A stretch of DNA of 64,000 bases from contig CP089278.1 of the NCBI GenBank assembly GCA_023920165.1, forward strand, positions 3,162,001-3,226,000. The letters are read 5' to 3'. The DNA comes from Curvularia clavata (Eukaryota). The number at the start of each line of letters is the position of its first letter. Position 1 is the first letter of the stretch. This document shows, piece by piece, positions 36,650 through 47,254 of the stretch. The translations under genes were made by a program, and so were the position numbers. The notes beneath the pieces were generated by a model. That model searched no databases. It was given only the letters and a program-made list of their open reading frames with translations, and was not told where the DNA came from.

Positions 36650-39600
36650 CTACTTCGATGTTCTTGATGCGCCCCTTTTTAGTAGCAATGTCGCGACTTC
36701 TTGGTGGCCGCTTCGTAAAGCCACCTGGAGTGCATTGCCATAAAGCCCACCCTCCGCGTTAACGTCAGCACCTCTGTCTAGCAGTAGCGTCACAATCTCT
36801 TTATAGCCTCTATCTGAAGCTATACAGAGCGCGTTGTCATCGGATCTGCTCTGTGCGTTGACTTTGGCACCTTTGTCTAGCAGCAGCGTTACAATCTCTT
36901 TATCACCTCTCGCTGAAGCTATACCAAGTGGGTGGCCATAAAGCCCGCCCCGCGCATTGATGTTGGCACCCCTTTCTACCAGCAGCGTCGCAATCTCTGT
37001 ATAGCCTCCATCTATAGCTGCGTAGAGTGAATTGTCCTTGTGTCCACCTTGCGCGTTAACGTTGGCCCCTCTGTCTAGCAGCAGCGTTACAATCTCTTTA
37101 TGGCCTCTATCTGAAGCTGCATAGAGTGCATTAGTATAGTCTCCACCCTGCGCGTTAACGTCGGCGCCTTTGTTTAGCAGCAGCATTACGATGTCTTTGT
37201 GGCCTCTATCTGAAGCTGCATAGAGTGCATTAATATAGTCTCCACCCTGCGCGTTAACGTCGGCGCCTTTGTTTAGCAGCAGCATTACGATGTCTTTGTG
37301 GCCTTCAGTCGAAGCTGCCTGAAGTGCGTTGCCGTAGTCTCCGCCCTGTATGTTGACGTCGATACCTTTGCCTAGCAATAGCGTTACAATGTCTTCGTAG
37401 CCTTTAGCTGAAGCTCCCTGAAGTGCGTTGCCGTAGTCTCCGCCCTGCGCGTTGACGTTGGCGCCTTTGTCGAGTAATAGCATTACAACATCTTTATGGC
37501 TTCCAGATAAAGCTGCCTGGAGCGGGTTGCCGTAGATCTCACTCTGCGCGTTGATATCAGCACCTTTGTCTAGCAGTAGCGTCGCGATGTCTTGATGGCC
37601 TTCAGCTAAAGCCGCATGAAGTGCGCTACCCAAGCGTCCCTGTGCGTTGACGTTGGCGTCTTTGTCTAGCAACAGCGTCACAATCTCTTTGTAGCCTCCA
37701 TCTGAAGCTGCATAAAGAGCATTGCTGTAGAATCCACCCTGTGCGTTGACGTTCGCGCCTCTCTCTAGCAGCAGCGTTACGATGTCTTTGTGGCCTTCAG
37801 CCGAAGCTGCCTGCAGTGCGTTGCCGTAGTGTCCGCCCTGCGCGTTGACGTTGGCGCCTTTGTCTAACAGCATTCGACTCAGAACACTCGCTCCCTTCTC
37901 TGCTGCTACATACAGTGGCGTTCGGCCCTTTGCATCGTTTGAGTCAAGGTTCAAGTTCCCTAATCCGATCAAATAGGAACATACGGCTACACTACCCGTC
38001 TCCACTGCAGGTATGAGTATCCCTCCCTTTCTAGAGTATTTGAAGTCGCGGCCTAGACTTTTTTCTATCTTTTCATGTCGAGAGTTTTCTTCAAGGAGGC
38101 TCCAGCCATGGTCAGCCTGTGACTGAGCGGCTTTGAGGCCTTCAATACATGCCTGCATGGCCTCCTGGCCTCCAGTGGCATTGGCTGCGAAGAAGGCGCA
38201 ACCGTAACGTTCTTTCTCCACATATAGACATGAAGTGACAGAATGGTGGGCCCTAATCAGGTTTGCCATGTTAAGCTCGGCAAGCAAATATAGCAGATTG
38301 ACACGTTCAGTGTGTCTCCGCGTTTCAAACTTCTCAAACAGGTTGTCAAGCTTCACCCATCGAGGAATAGGGAAGCTGTCAAGAAAGCACGCTTGAGAGA
38401 TGCCTCCACCTTCTGCCGTGTCTGCATGATACAGCACATTGCGGACGGCATACTCTAGAAAAGGAAACTTCTGGGTTGCTAATTTGCGCAGGGCAGCTGC
38501 CTGTTGCGAGGAGGCTTTTGCAAGCTTATCAGGAATTTCTAATCGCATGACAACGTCAATGCTCATATAGTCGAGACAGTTTTGCTTTAGCCGTTCGTGG
38601 CTCTGGTTTTGGAAATTGCTTCCCAACTCGGGCCAGATCTTGCCGAGGCCGTTTTCTTTAAGCAGAAAATCCCTTACTGACTCGTGGATGAACTGAACCC
38701 TCGGCTCTTTGGAAACGGTGGCTTCAGCGAGGCCTTTGGAAAAGTCGAGGATGAACCGCTTAATGTCGTCCCTTGTAGTCTCCTCATAGTCTAATTTGAA
38801 GATAGCTTCAGAATTGATGTTCAGAAGAAGAGCGTGATAAAGTTGCTCTGGACTAAGCGGCTGCTTCGCGAAGAGCACCCACTGGATGCACAGCACCAAA
38901 ATATCCTTATTGCGCGAGTCTCGCGTTAGAATGTCGCTGAACAATTTGTGCAGGTCCCCAGGGATTGCCTTCAATTTCTCTCGAAGCGCAAAAATCTGCC
39001 CACGATCGAACTCTGTGTTCAAGATTCCCACGACGAGAACAACCCACATGAAGATCCCTGATGATTTCTCCTGAAGCTCAGCCCGGATTTGCTGTGCGGT
39101 CTTACTCTTCCCAATTTTCAGCTCAGTCTCAACGTAGTTGGTGATATCCTGCGAGTGTCCCTCCTGCCCTTCTAACACGAGCTCTAACCCGTTCCGGATT
39201 GTGATGTGTGGGTAGTGCCTACTCGAGAAGCATACCTGGAAGCGGATGCCGTGTGACACAACTAGGTCGCCGATGTGCTCGAAGAACTGGACCATGTCCC
39301 GAACCTGGTCTTCTTCACACTCGTCAAGCGCATCGATAAAGCATATGACAGAAGAGTCTTCCAAGCTCTGTACTGCTTGCTCTAGCAGTGTCTTCAGCGT
39401 CTCGGTGTTCCACTGGTAATCTTTGGTGAATTTTGAGGTTGAGAGGCTGAGCGAATCAAAGATGCTCCAGAGCGCGGGGAGACGGTCTAGGAGCTGTATT
39501 AATAGCGAACGGTATGTCCCGATTGTAGATTTCTCGATGTCCTCGCCGCGCGCGTTGAAGAAGAAGGAGAGTATGGTGTAATCCTTCATTGCCTTGCGAG

Positions 39601-41135
39601 CATTGGCTAGTGCATACTTCATTAACGTCGACTTACCCGTCCCGGCCTTGCCCTTAATCCATAAGAAGCCATGATGTTTATCCAGCTTGGTCGTATCGAG
39701 CCAGTTGACGTACTGCTCACTTTGCAAGAGCCACTTACATGTCTTGGCATGTGCAGTCTTGATGGTCATCTGGCGGGCATCAATCTGGTCAAATCCCAGA
39801 GATTCTAATAGACTGTGCCTCTGTTCATCGTTCAATGGTGTTCGCGAGGGTTCCCGGGAGTGGGTGGGAACTAGCATAGTAAGAAAAAGCTCTGTCTACA
39901 CTTGGATATGATTGAGCTACGTACGGGGGACAGTCCACTGTCTGGATAGTTTAGCAGAGATTTGACAGAGAAGTGTCATTTAGGGACATGAAAGACTCAC
40001 TTTGCAGAACCATTCTCTACGCCGTTAGAGATAGTGGTCTTTAGTCGCTTATTGGAAGCATGATCAGGAGATGATGGTTGTCGGCAATGTTCTATTGCTA
40101 CATCAGTGCAACTGCATCTCTGGTAGCAATGCGGTTAATGAACTAACTGCCTCCGCCGCTGCTCGTAGAATCCTCCGCACGGTGTGCGTTCACCCCCTCT
40201 GTCGTTCGTATCACTGATAGAAGCTCCTTCGCATATGCCGCTGCTGTTCCTGCCGCGTGAGCCTGCCACTTGTCGTTCTTGTGTGAGTCGGCGTAGTCGG
40301 AGATGCCGCGAATGACAAGGCATGGGAATCTGTTCATTAACCCCGCCGCCTCCATCTCAAAGCACAATACCCCATCAAGCTCCGCGCTGATTCTGTCTCT
40401 CTCGGCAGCATCCTTCATGACCTGGTTGCCAGAAGCGATTGTTCCGTAGTGTATCATCACCTCTGCTCCTCTCTTGCGTTTTGATTGTGGCTGGTGGTTT
40501 TCAACTCTGCACTGGCTGCATGTGTCATTGTGTTCGTGATTGTAAGCTGACTTTAGTAGAGGATCAAGTCCTGCTCTGGGGCGCTGGAAGATGCGGTTGC
40601 GCTTGAGTATTGATAGGTGGTCGGACAGCGTGCTCCTGTTCACCATTGAACTTGCTCTAATAGTGCTTATAGCGCTAAGCAGTATCTGAGGTGGAGAGTT
40701 CAGCGATCCAATCCGCTCAAGTCCGTTTGGTGTTCTTCTCCCAAAGTCGTACTGGACTACTCCGCCAAAGGTCGAATGCGGCTGGCTCACCACGACATCT
40801 CCAAGTTGAATGTTTGCGCAGGCACTTGGAACGCCTCCACCGATCCCCACCATCAGGCCGAATTGAATGCCCTTGAACGCTGTCCGCAACTGTGTCGCGA
40901 CAGCCGCAGCTGGGTTGTTCCCGATGTGGCCCGCTGGAAGACACACTATCACAACATTGTGGCCTGCAATTGACCCCAGAGTATATAGGTTCTCGTCGCT
41001 GTCGCCAACATTATCACTGACGACTGCATGCGTTTCGTCGAGCATCTCCATGGCCGCCGCCAGCTCGACGGACAGCGCGCACACCCATCCTACGGTGTAG
41101 TCTTCGCGGCGTAGCTGGCGTAGCTGGCGTTGCAT
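36650..41135 (-). CDS. Fungal NLR: PNP_UDP (nucleoside phosphorylase-like) effector, NACHT, ankyrin repeats; 3 introns
   Basis: YTVGWVCAL...GLMVGIGGGVP...LGDVVVS...HYGTIASGN...CFEMEAAGL...IRGISDYADSHKN; Walker A GKAGTGKS, Walker B CFIDALDEC; about 13 ankyrin repeats. Two small exons between about 39870 and 40100 join the ORFs in frame (donors GTTAGT, GTGAGT, GTACGT). Confidence 0.93.
36660..37930 (-). repeat. Coding tandem array of 99-bp ankyrin repeats
   Basis: 12 units of GGxYxNALxAASxxGHKxIVxLLLxKGAxVNAQ plus one divergent unit; 37101-37199 and 37200-37298 differ at a single base. Confidence 0.95.
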
Positions 41136-41904
41136 TCGGGGCTGTTACGAGGGGAAGAAAGAAAGGAAAGATACCTGCTAGGGTCCAATGTATGCAGATA
41201 GAAAGAAGTAGAAGTAGAAGTAGAAGCAGTCTAGCAGCAGCAGCGCTGTCGACAGTTGCTGTCGCTTAGCCTCAGCCTTGCCTGCCGCCTACATATTGGC
41301 ATGGTGGATACTCAGTGTTATGATTGGACCAATTGGGGCGCAACTGTAAGCGCTGAGTAGCTGGTAGCGAGGCAGGATCAGATCCTTCATGGGTTATTCA
41401 CCCATGGCCTGCAGTCATCAGAGCAGGCTATGATGTGGCTTCACTTCGTCTGATAGAGATCATCTGTGATCCGCAAAAGCATAGCACATAGCCTCATTCC
41501 TACACAAGAGCGGAGAGTGAAGTGAAGTGAAGTCACAGTCTATTCTAATAATGCAGGGGAAGGAGAAAGCTGTTATCAACCCGCTACAGGGGAGTGCTCA
41601 GCCCGGTTAATGTCCCTTGCCAGGCTGAGCTGCGCCGCACTGCGCCGCGTAGCACTACGCTACGCCACTCGCGCGTCAGTCAGGAGTCGGAAGCCAACAG
41701 AACAAGCCCTAGTTGCCTTGAACAACATCATGGCCATGGAGACCTGCTCACTTCTCAAAGATGAGCAACATGCTAATATGCGCGACGATTTTAGTCTCTA
41801 CGAAGCACACAAGACTAGGCTGCTTAGGGTAGACCTAGGGACACGGTCGCGGACCGACCCGTCCTAGCACTAGCTCTATGAGTACTTCGGGCCTTTAGGT
41901 ATTA

Positions 41905-43766
41905 ACGTACCTCACGGGTTCGCGGTCCACACGGGTTCGCGGTCCACTTTTGCCAAGACCCCACCAAAACCACCACATTATGGCCTAATACAGCCCAACC
42001 TTGGCCAGTTTAATGCAAAAAAACATAAAATACTATTCAGAGCCTACTTCTGCTTCATTCTTACACGTTCGCGCGTTATGCCCAGTCCTATTGCACCGTC
42101 CACACCGCCGTTGAGACGGTTCACCCACTTCAGCGCGCTTCTGCTTCTTTGACTTCTTCCCATCACTACGCACCCCAAAGTCCTGGAGAGCAGTCAAGCG
42201 CGCCCCATCTTCAACTGTTAAGGTCCCCTCTGCCTGAACCCGCTTTCTTTTGTGCGATTTTCGTCGCGTGGCGGCTGCGTTAGCTGCTTCAAGCTCACTA
42301 ATCCGTTTTTGTGCCAACACTAGCTTATGCGCGATAATAGCTGCCCCCTTTGAGACCTTCTCAAAAGCCTCCACCATAGACGTTGGTGAGCTGTCTAGGT
42401 GCCTCTGAATCCTCTGCTTCACTAGCGTCGATTGCGACCCTATTTCAAGGGTATTCCTCGGGGTTTGCGACAGCCAGGGCTGGGTATCGACAGGTAGGGG
42501 TGATGGAGTGCGCAACTGGACATTAAGGGCGGATATGACCCGTTCTGGGTCAAATGGGACCAATCCAGCGCCTCGAAACCCTCCTTGGACATTGCTAGCT
42601 ATAAATGATGCGTCAAAAGCCCGCCTAAAGCAAGGTAGGAACTCTTGTTTGGTGATGTGGTTGATCTGGGTGCGCATGAGCGATTCGACTTGGCGCCCAT
42701 AGGCCTGCTTTAAAGGGGCAAAACAGCCCACATCAAGCGGCTGTAAGAGGTGAGACGAGTGTGGAGGCATGCAAAGAGTAACAATTTTGTTATCTTTGCA
42801 GTATTTTTGGAAATCCAGCGAGTTGTGGCTCTCATGGCCGTCAATAAAGAGTAGACGGTGGGTACCTACCACCTTCTTCTTTGTATGCTCATCAAAGTGC
42901 TTTAGCCACGCAAGACCAAGCTCATTGGTCGTCCAGCCGTTCTCAGAGACTCCAATAACCCAGTTCTGGGGTATATCTCCATCTTTGTACCAGCTTGAGA
43001 GGTGGTGGCGCGCCTTAAGTATGATGAAGGGCGGAATCGTCCACCCGGTCGCATTGATGCCCTGGATAACCGTCGCCCACTCTCTATTGCCAGGCTGGAT
43101 AGTCTTTGGCCGTCCACGTCTCTCTGAAGCTGTAACAACTGCTCCAGGGGTAATCTGGCCCATCATAAAGCCTGTCTCGTCAAAGTTGTACGTGTCGTCA
43201 TCTTGGATACCATACTTGGCTTTCATATTGGCTACTAGGCCAAACCAGTCTTGAATAGCCTTAGGATCCTCACAGAGTGCTCTCTTGTAGTCATACTTGC
43301 GATTAAACTTTACTTTAAGCTCAGGGCGGCGCTTAACGAATGTGCTGGGCCAGTTTTGGCCAACCTGGCCCAAATTGCGCTCAGCGCGCAAGGAATTGGC
43401 CATATTAGCCACATCTGCGAGCCTAGGGGGAAATCCACGTGAACCAAGATCAAGAATATGCTCAACAACCACCTCCTCCTCAAGCTTAGTTAGATTCATT
43501 GTTTTAGGCCTGCGATCTGCTTGTGAATCCCGTCCGTCGCGTCTTTGACGTAGTGTTGTTCGAGAGACGTTATAAAGAGCTGCAGCGCGTCGTTCTGAGA
43601 GATTCGCGTCCTGTTTGAGAGCTTGAAGAGCAAGCTGTATTTGACATTCACTAGAAGGCTGTAACTGCTGTTGTTGTTGTAACATTTGTGGGTAGTAGGT
43701 ATTTTGGTGGGGTCTTGGCAAAAGTGGACCGCGAACCCGTGTGGACCGCGAACCCGTGAGGTACGT
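41905..43766 (-). mobile_element. Intact Fot1/pogo-type DNA transposon (termini resemble, from memory, the Molly element of Parastagonospora nodorum)
   Basis: TIRs ACGTACCTCACGGGTTCGCGGTCCACACGGGTTCGCGGTCCACTTTTGCCAAGACCCCACCAAAA; TA at 41903-41904 and 43767-43768. Confidence 0.96.
42033..43721 (-). CDS. Pogo/Fot1 DDE transposase, 562 aa, with C-terminal CCHC knuckle
   Basis: YNFDETGF, FIDGHESH, MPPHSSHLLQPLDVGCF, CGRCNRTGHNARTC. Confidence 0.95.
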   Translation of the reverse strand: MPRPHQNTYYPQMLQQQQQLQPSSECQIQLALQALKQDANLSERRAAALYNVSRTTLRQRRDGRDSQADRRPKTMNLTKLEEEVVVEHILDLGSRGFPPRLADVANMANSLRAERNLGQVGQNWPSTFVKRRPELKVKFNRKYDYKRALCEDPKAIQDWFGLVANMKAKYGIQDDDTYNFDETGFMMGQITPGAVVTASERRGRPKTIQPGNREWATVIQGINATGWTIPPFIILKARHHLSSWYKDGDIPQNWVIGVSENGWTTNELGLAWLKHFDEHTKKKVVGTHRLLFIDGHESHNSLDFQKYCKDNKIVTLCMPPHSSHLLQPLDVGCFAPLKQAYGRQVESLMRTQINHITKQEFLPCFRRAFDASFIASNVQGGFRGAGLVPFDPERVISALNVQLRTPSPLPVDTQPWLSQTPRNTLEIGSQSTLVKQRIQRHLDSSPTSMVEAFEKVSKGAAIIAHKLVLAQKRISELEAANAAATRRKSHKRKRVQAEGTLTVEDGARLTALQDFGVRSDGKKSKKQKRAEVGEPSQRRCGRCNRTGHNARTCKNEAEVGSE

Positions 43767-44265
43767 TATATAACTACCTATAATTATATTGTATGCTAAT
43801 TATCTTCTTTAATAAGCTTATAATAGTTCTAGTCCTCTACTAACTGTAAGCTCGCAATAGATAAAATAATAGCTTAAACGGCAACCTAAGCTTTACATAC
43901 GACGATAGAGATCTCTTAATTTTAATCGCGCACTCGCGTATAATTCAGACTCTATTATTAAGTAGTTTAATACCTTTATAAGTCTAATTTAGACGTATAG
44001 TATTCTACTATTAGATATTTAGAACTTTAATGAGACTAGCTTTCGTATTAGAATTAGAAAAGACTAGTAGATTATTACTTTTAAACCTCGCCGCCGCGTC
44101 TATCTGCCAACGCCTGATAATTGTATATTATTAACTATTACTAAGTATATTAATGCCGCAGGCTACGCTATTCTACTAATAATTATTGTTAAAGGCGACG
44201 CACTCCTTAAGCGCTACTTCACCGATTTATCTAATAACTACTTTATTGCGTATAGCGACACTAGC

Positions 44266-45126
44266 TGTCAAAGTATGGGGTAGCTACTTGTTCTACTAGT
44301 AGTAGACTCAGAGGTAGCTTGATCAAAGACTCAAGTAAGTAGTATATGCTAGGGGAGAGAGTTAATAGACACGATTGACTTTGTATAAACTGCTCTGGTT
44401 TCTATTGTTACAAGTAACAAAGAAGGATCTCTCCTTGACGATGGCCGCAGGTAGGAGACCATTGGGCGACACGTCAGAAGGTAATGATCCCCGCGGAAGG
44501 GCGATCACATGACTGGCCTCAGGCCAAGACCGGGAAACCACGCTAGTATGTGAGGACACGCTCACACGTGACCAAAGTGACTTCAGGGACTTCAGAGAAC
44601 ACAGGGGTTATTCCGTGAGGACAGTGAGGACAGGACCGGAAGCAATGGGTATAAGAATGTGTTGGATTTCATTATTACACTCGTTGTGGTCAACTCAGCA
44701 AAGTATCTTTCATAGTTACCTTTCATACTCAGATTGATACTAGTTATTCTATCTTCCAATAGGATTGGTTTTGTCTATCTTCCGTTAATCCCTACCACCG
44801 AATCGCCAGACAACTACCTCACGGTATACTTCATAGAAACTGGCCTCGCCCTAACCCGGAATCTAGGCTAGGTAAGTATATTCCCAACTAACCAGTAGGA
44901 CCCCGTGTAACATCTATCTACTAGCTATTCTACTACTATATATATTGGCTGGAGTAGATTCTAGAAGAATCTATCTAGTAGTAGCTTGCGTAATCTTTGG
45001 CGTCATAGACAGATGTCTATAGATCGATTATAGTCTTGACAGATCGACTATAGACTAAGTTGATTCTGGGTATAGAAGTACGCACCCAGATACTGTAGAT
45101 TAGCTGACTAGCTTAGATCTACAACA
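44266..45126. mobile_element. Solo LTR A (about 350 bp net), interrupted by solo LTR B
   Basis: TG...CA ends with 5-bp TSD CTAGC at 44261-44265 and 45127-45131; removing it restores the host transposase frame. Confidence 0.85.
44406..44912. mobile_element. Solo LTR B (507 bp) nested in solo LTR A
   Basis: TGTTACA...TGTAACA inverted ends; 5-bp TSD TCTAT at 44401-44405 and 44913-44917. Confidence 0.9.
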
Positions 45127-45386
45127 CTAGCTACATAAATAATCGATTAAGTTTTGAGTAGATAAAGCACTTCGTATAATAGAGCTAAAAGCATATATAA
45201 GGGTTGTATCGACTGCTTTTATTTAATAGATTTAATTTACACTACACCTAAGAGTTTCTCAAAGTCCTTAAGGATTATAAAATTATTATCTATTGCCTGC
45301 CTCTATATACATCTCACTTTCTCTAACCGCTTAATATAGGCTGTTTTCAGCCGTATAAGTACTGGCACGCGCAGGCTATTAATTAT

Positions 45387-45595
45387 TGTTAGACTGTTAG
45401 TGGCGTGAAGGTACAGCACGAGATAGATGAGAGAGAACTATGCTTTAACAGCCATGTATTCACGAGACGAATCGCTATCGAGCACCTCTAGCGATCGTGG
45501 AGGCTTTATAGCCTTAGGTAAGCCCTAGCTGACTAACTAGCGTGAAGAAGGAGGGAATTGGACTAATATGTCCTAATTTGGACTAGGTCCTGACA
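45387..45595 (-). repeat. 3' LTR of the Gypsy element
   Basis: TG...CA ends; 6 transition differences from the 5' LTR. Confidence 0.95.
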
Positions 45596-46188
45596 ATACC
45601 TCCCTTCTTAGGGTGCAGCTGTCCCAGCTGCGCAACTTATCATACTTGCCGCCCAGTTTGAGCGATTACTAGGTGATGCCGCCGTGTGGGTTGGAGGGTG
45701 TATTTTACTTGCTCACCGCCCTAGGGCTATGACGTCATAATAGCGGAGTTTTGCGCTGCTGCCTAGCCGACTGCCCCACTTTGGGCCAACCCGGCCCATT
45801 AGGGTACTCCTGGGCAGCGCCAAGAGTCACGTGACGCGCTAATTTAGTGCGGATCCAGGGATACAATAGCCAGTTTTTGACTAAGCCTAGTACACCCCAC
45901 AGTCCACCAACCCCACTTTGGTAAGTAGACTCCCATTTTGTGGGTCTTCTCAGTTTGGGCCCGACACCTTCCACCTACGGTCTGTTTGCAATAGTTTGGC
46001 CCAATTTGGGCCAGTTTGTAGTCGACCTTGGTTTTATTGCCTTTTTCTGAGGTTCTTCCCCTGGACTTGGAGTTTTCTGCTAACTTTTCTTTTTAGGCTA
46101 TTTCCTCCTATACGATCTATTTCGCGATAGATTCGACTAATTCGTCCCAAACACCCCTAAATTGGGGCTTTTAAGACCCACTTGAACC

Positions 46189-47254
46189 ATGACGAATGCA
46201 TTTGGATCCGTCAACCGCAGTACGGTGTCAAACTTGTTTATACGTAAGGGCCAGAGGTCTTACTACGCTTATGTGTGCTGTTTGAACGCCTCTAGGGATA
46301 ATAAGCCTGTTACTTTTGGCAGAGCGGGTTGCGTTATGTTAGATATCGACAATCCTGAGGTAGCTGAGACTTGGTCTGGCTATAAGGTTGAACCGGAGTC
46401 TGGCGGTATGCCTAGGTAGGTGATGAAGTGTCTTCGCTGCTCTTACATCAACCGTGTCTGTTTTGCGGTAAGTTGCCCTATTTTGCTCTGATTTGGTCTA
46501 ATTTGGAGCTAAATGAGTGGTTAGGTGCCTCCTCCTGACAAGTTCTCCCCCGACTAGATGAGACTTAGCCAGCTTATTAGGAAGGTTGAGGATGCCTTCT
46601 ATGCCATTAATAAAGATATCCCTAAAGGTGCTAATAAGGCTGAAGTTCGTACTGAGCGCAGGGAAATATACGAGGTGGCTGTTACTAGACTTAGTATATT
46701 CAGTAAGTCTATTATTAAGTTACTTAAGAAGTAAGTAATCTAATTTTTCTAAATCTAGCCTAAATTAGACTAATTTGTGTAGGTTTAAATCTTATACTAC
46801 TTATCTGTCTCTTTCCTCTAGTACTATCGAGGAGGAAGATGATCCCCGCTCTAGTGTGAAGACTTCTGCCCTTGGCCGCTCTAAGAAGGATGAAGAGGTC
46901 AAGAGGAAGGCTTATAAGATCGAGATAGAAACTTTAGTTAAGGTAAGGGTCAAGAAGTCTAAGTATGGCTCTAGTAGGCGTAAGAAGGAGGTTTATAATT
47001 CTTTTCTCCTCTATTTACGCTAAATTGCTCTAATTTAGACTAACTTAGTTCTTTAGGTTAAGATTGCCAAAAATATTACTAATGAGCTTTAGAAGCGTAT
47101 TAATAATATTAATAAAGAGATTTTATAAAAAATGTCTAAGAAGGAGGGGGCTAAGGGTTAAGCCAAGAGGAAGATCACTAATAACATCAAGAACTTAGAA
47201 AAAGCCAAAGTAAGGCTTAATAAGGAGTACGAGGCCGCAGTTACTAGTAATTAA
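46189..47254 (+). pseudogene. Antisense, 3-intron accessory gene inside the Gypsy element (about 296 codons; Cys-cluster N-terminus, Lys/Glu-rich helical C-terminus), RIP-inactivated
   Basis: Exons 46189-46467, 46525-46730, 46783-46990 and 47057-47254; introns of 57, 52 and 66 nt (GTAAGT, GTAAGT, GTTTAT ... CTAA branch ... TAG). One frame across all junctions; internal stops are only TAG/TAA. Confidence 0.8.

Noticed and set aside
41204..41226. (AGAAGT)x4 microsatellite upstream of the NLR
   Set aside because: Short simple repeat with no evidence of function.
41826..41873. Hairpin followed by CTAG, like a Helitron 3' end
   Set aside because: Imperfect stem, CTAG not followed by T, and no Rep/helicase or 5' TC end identifiable.
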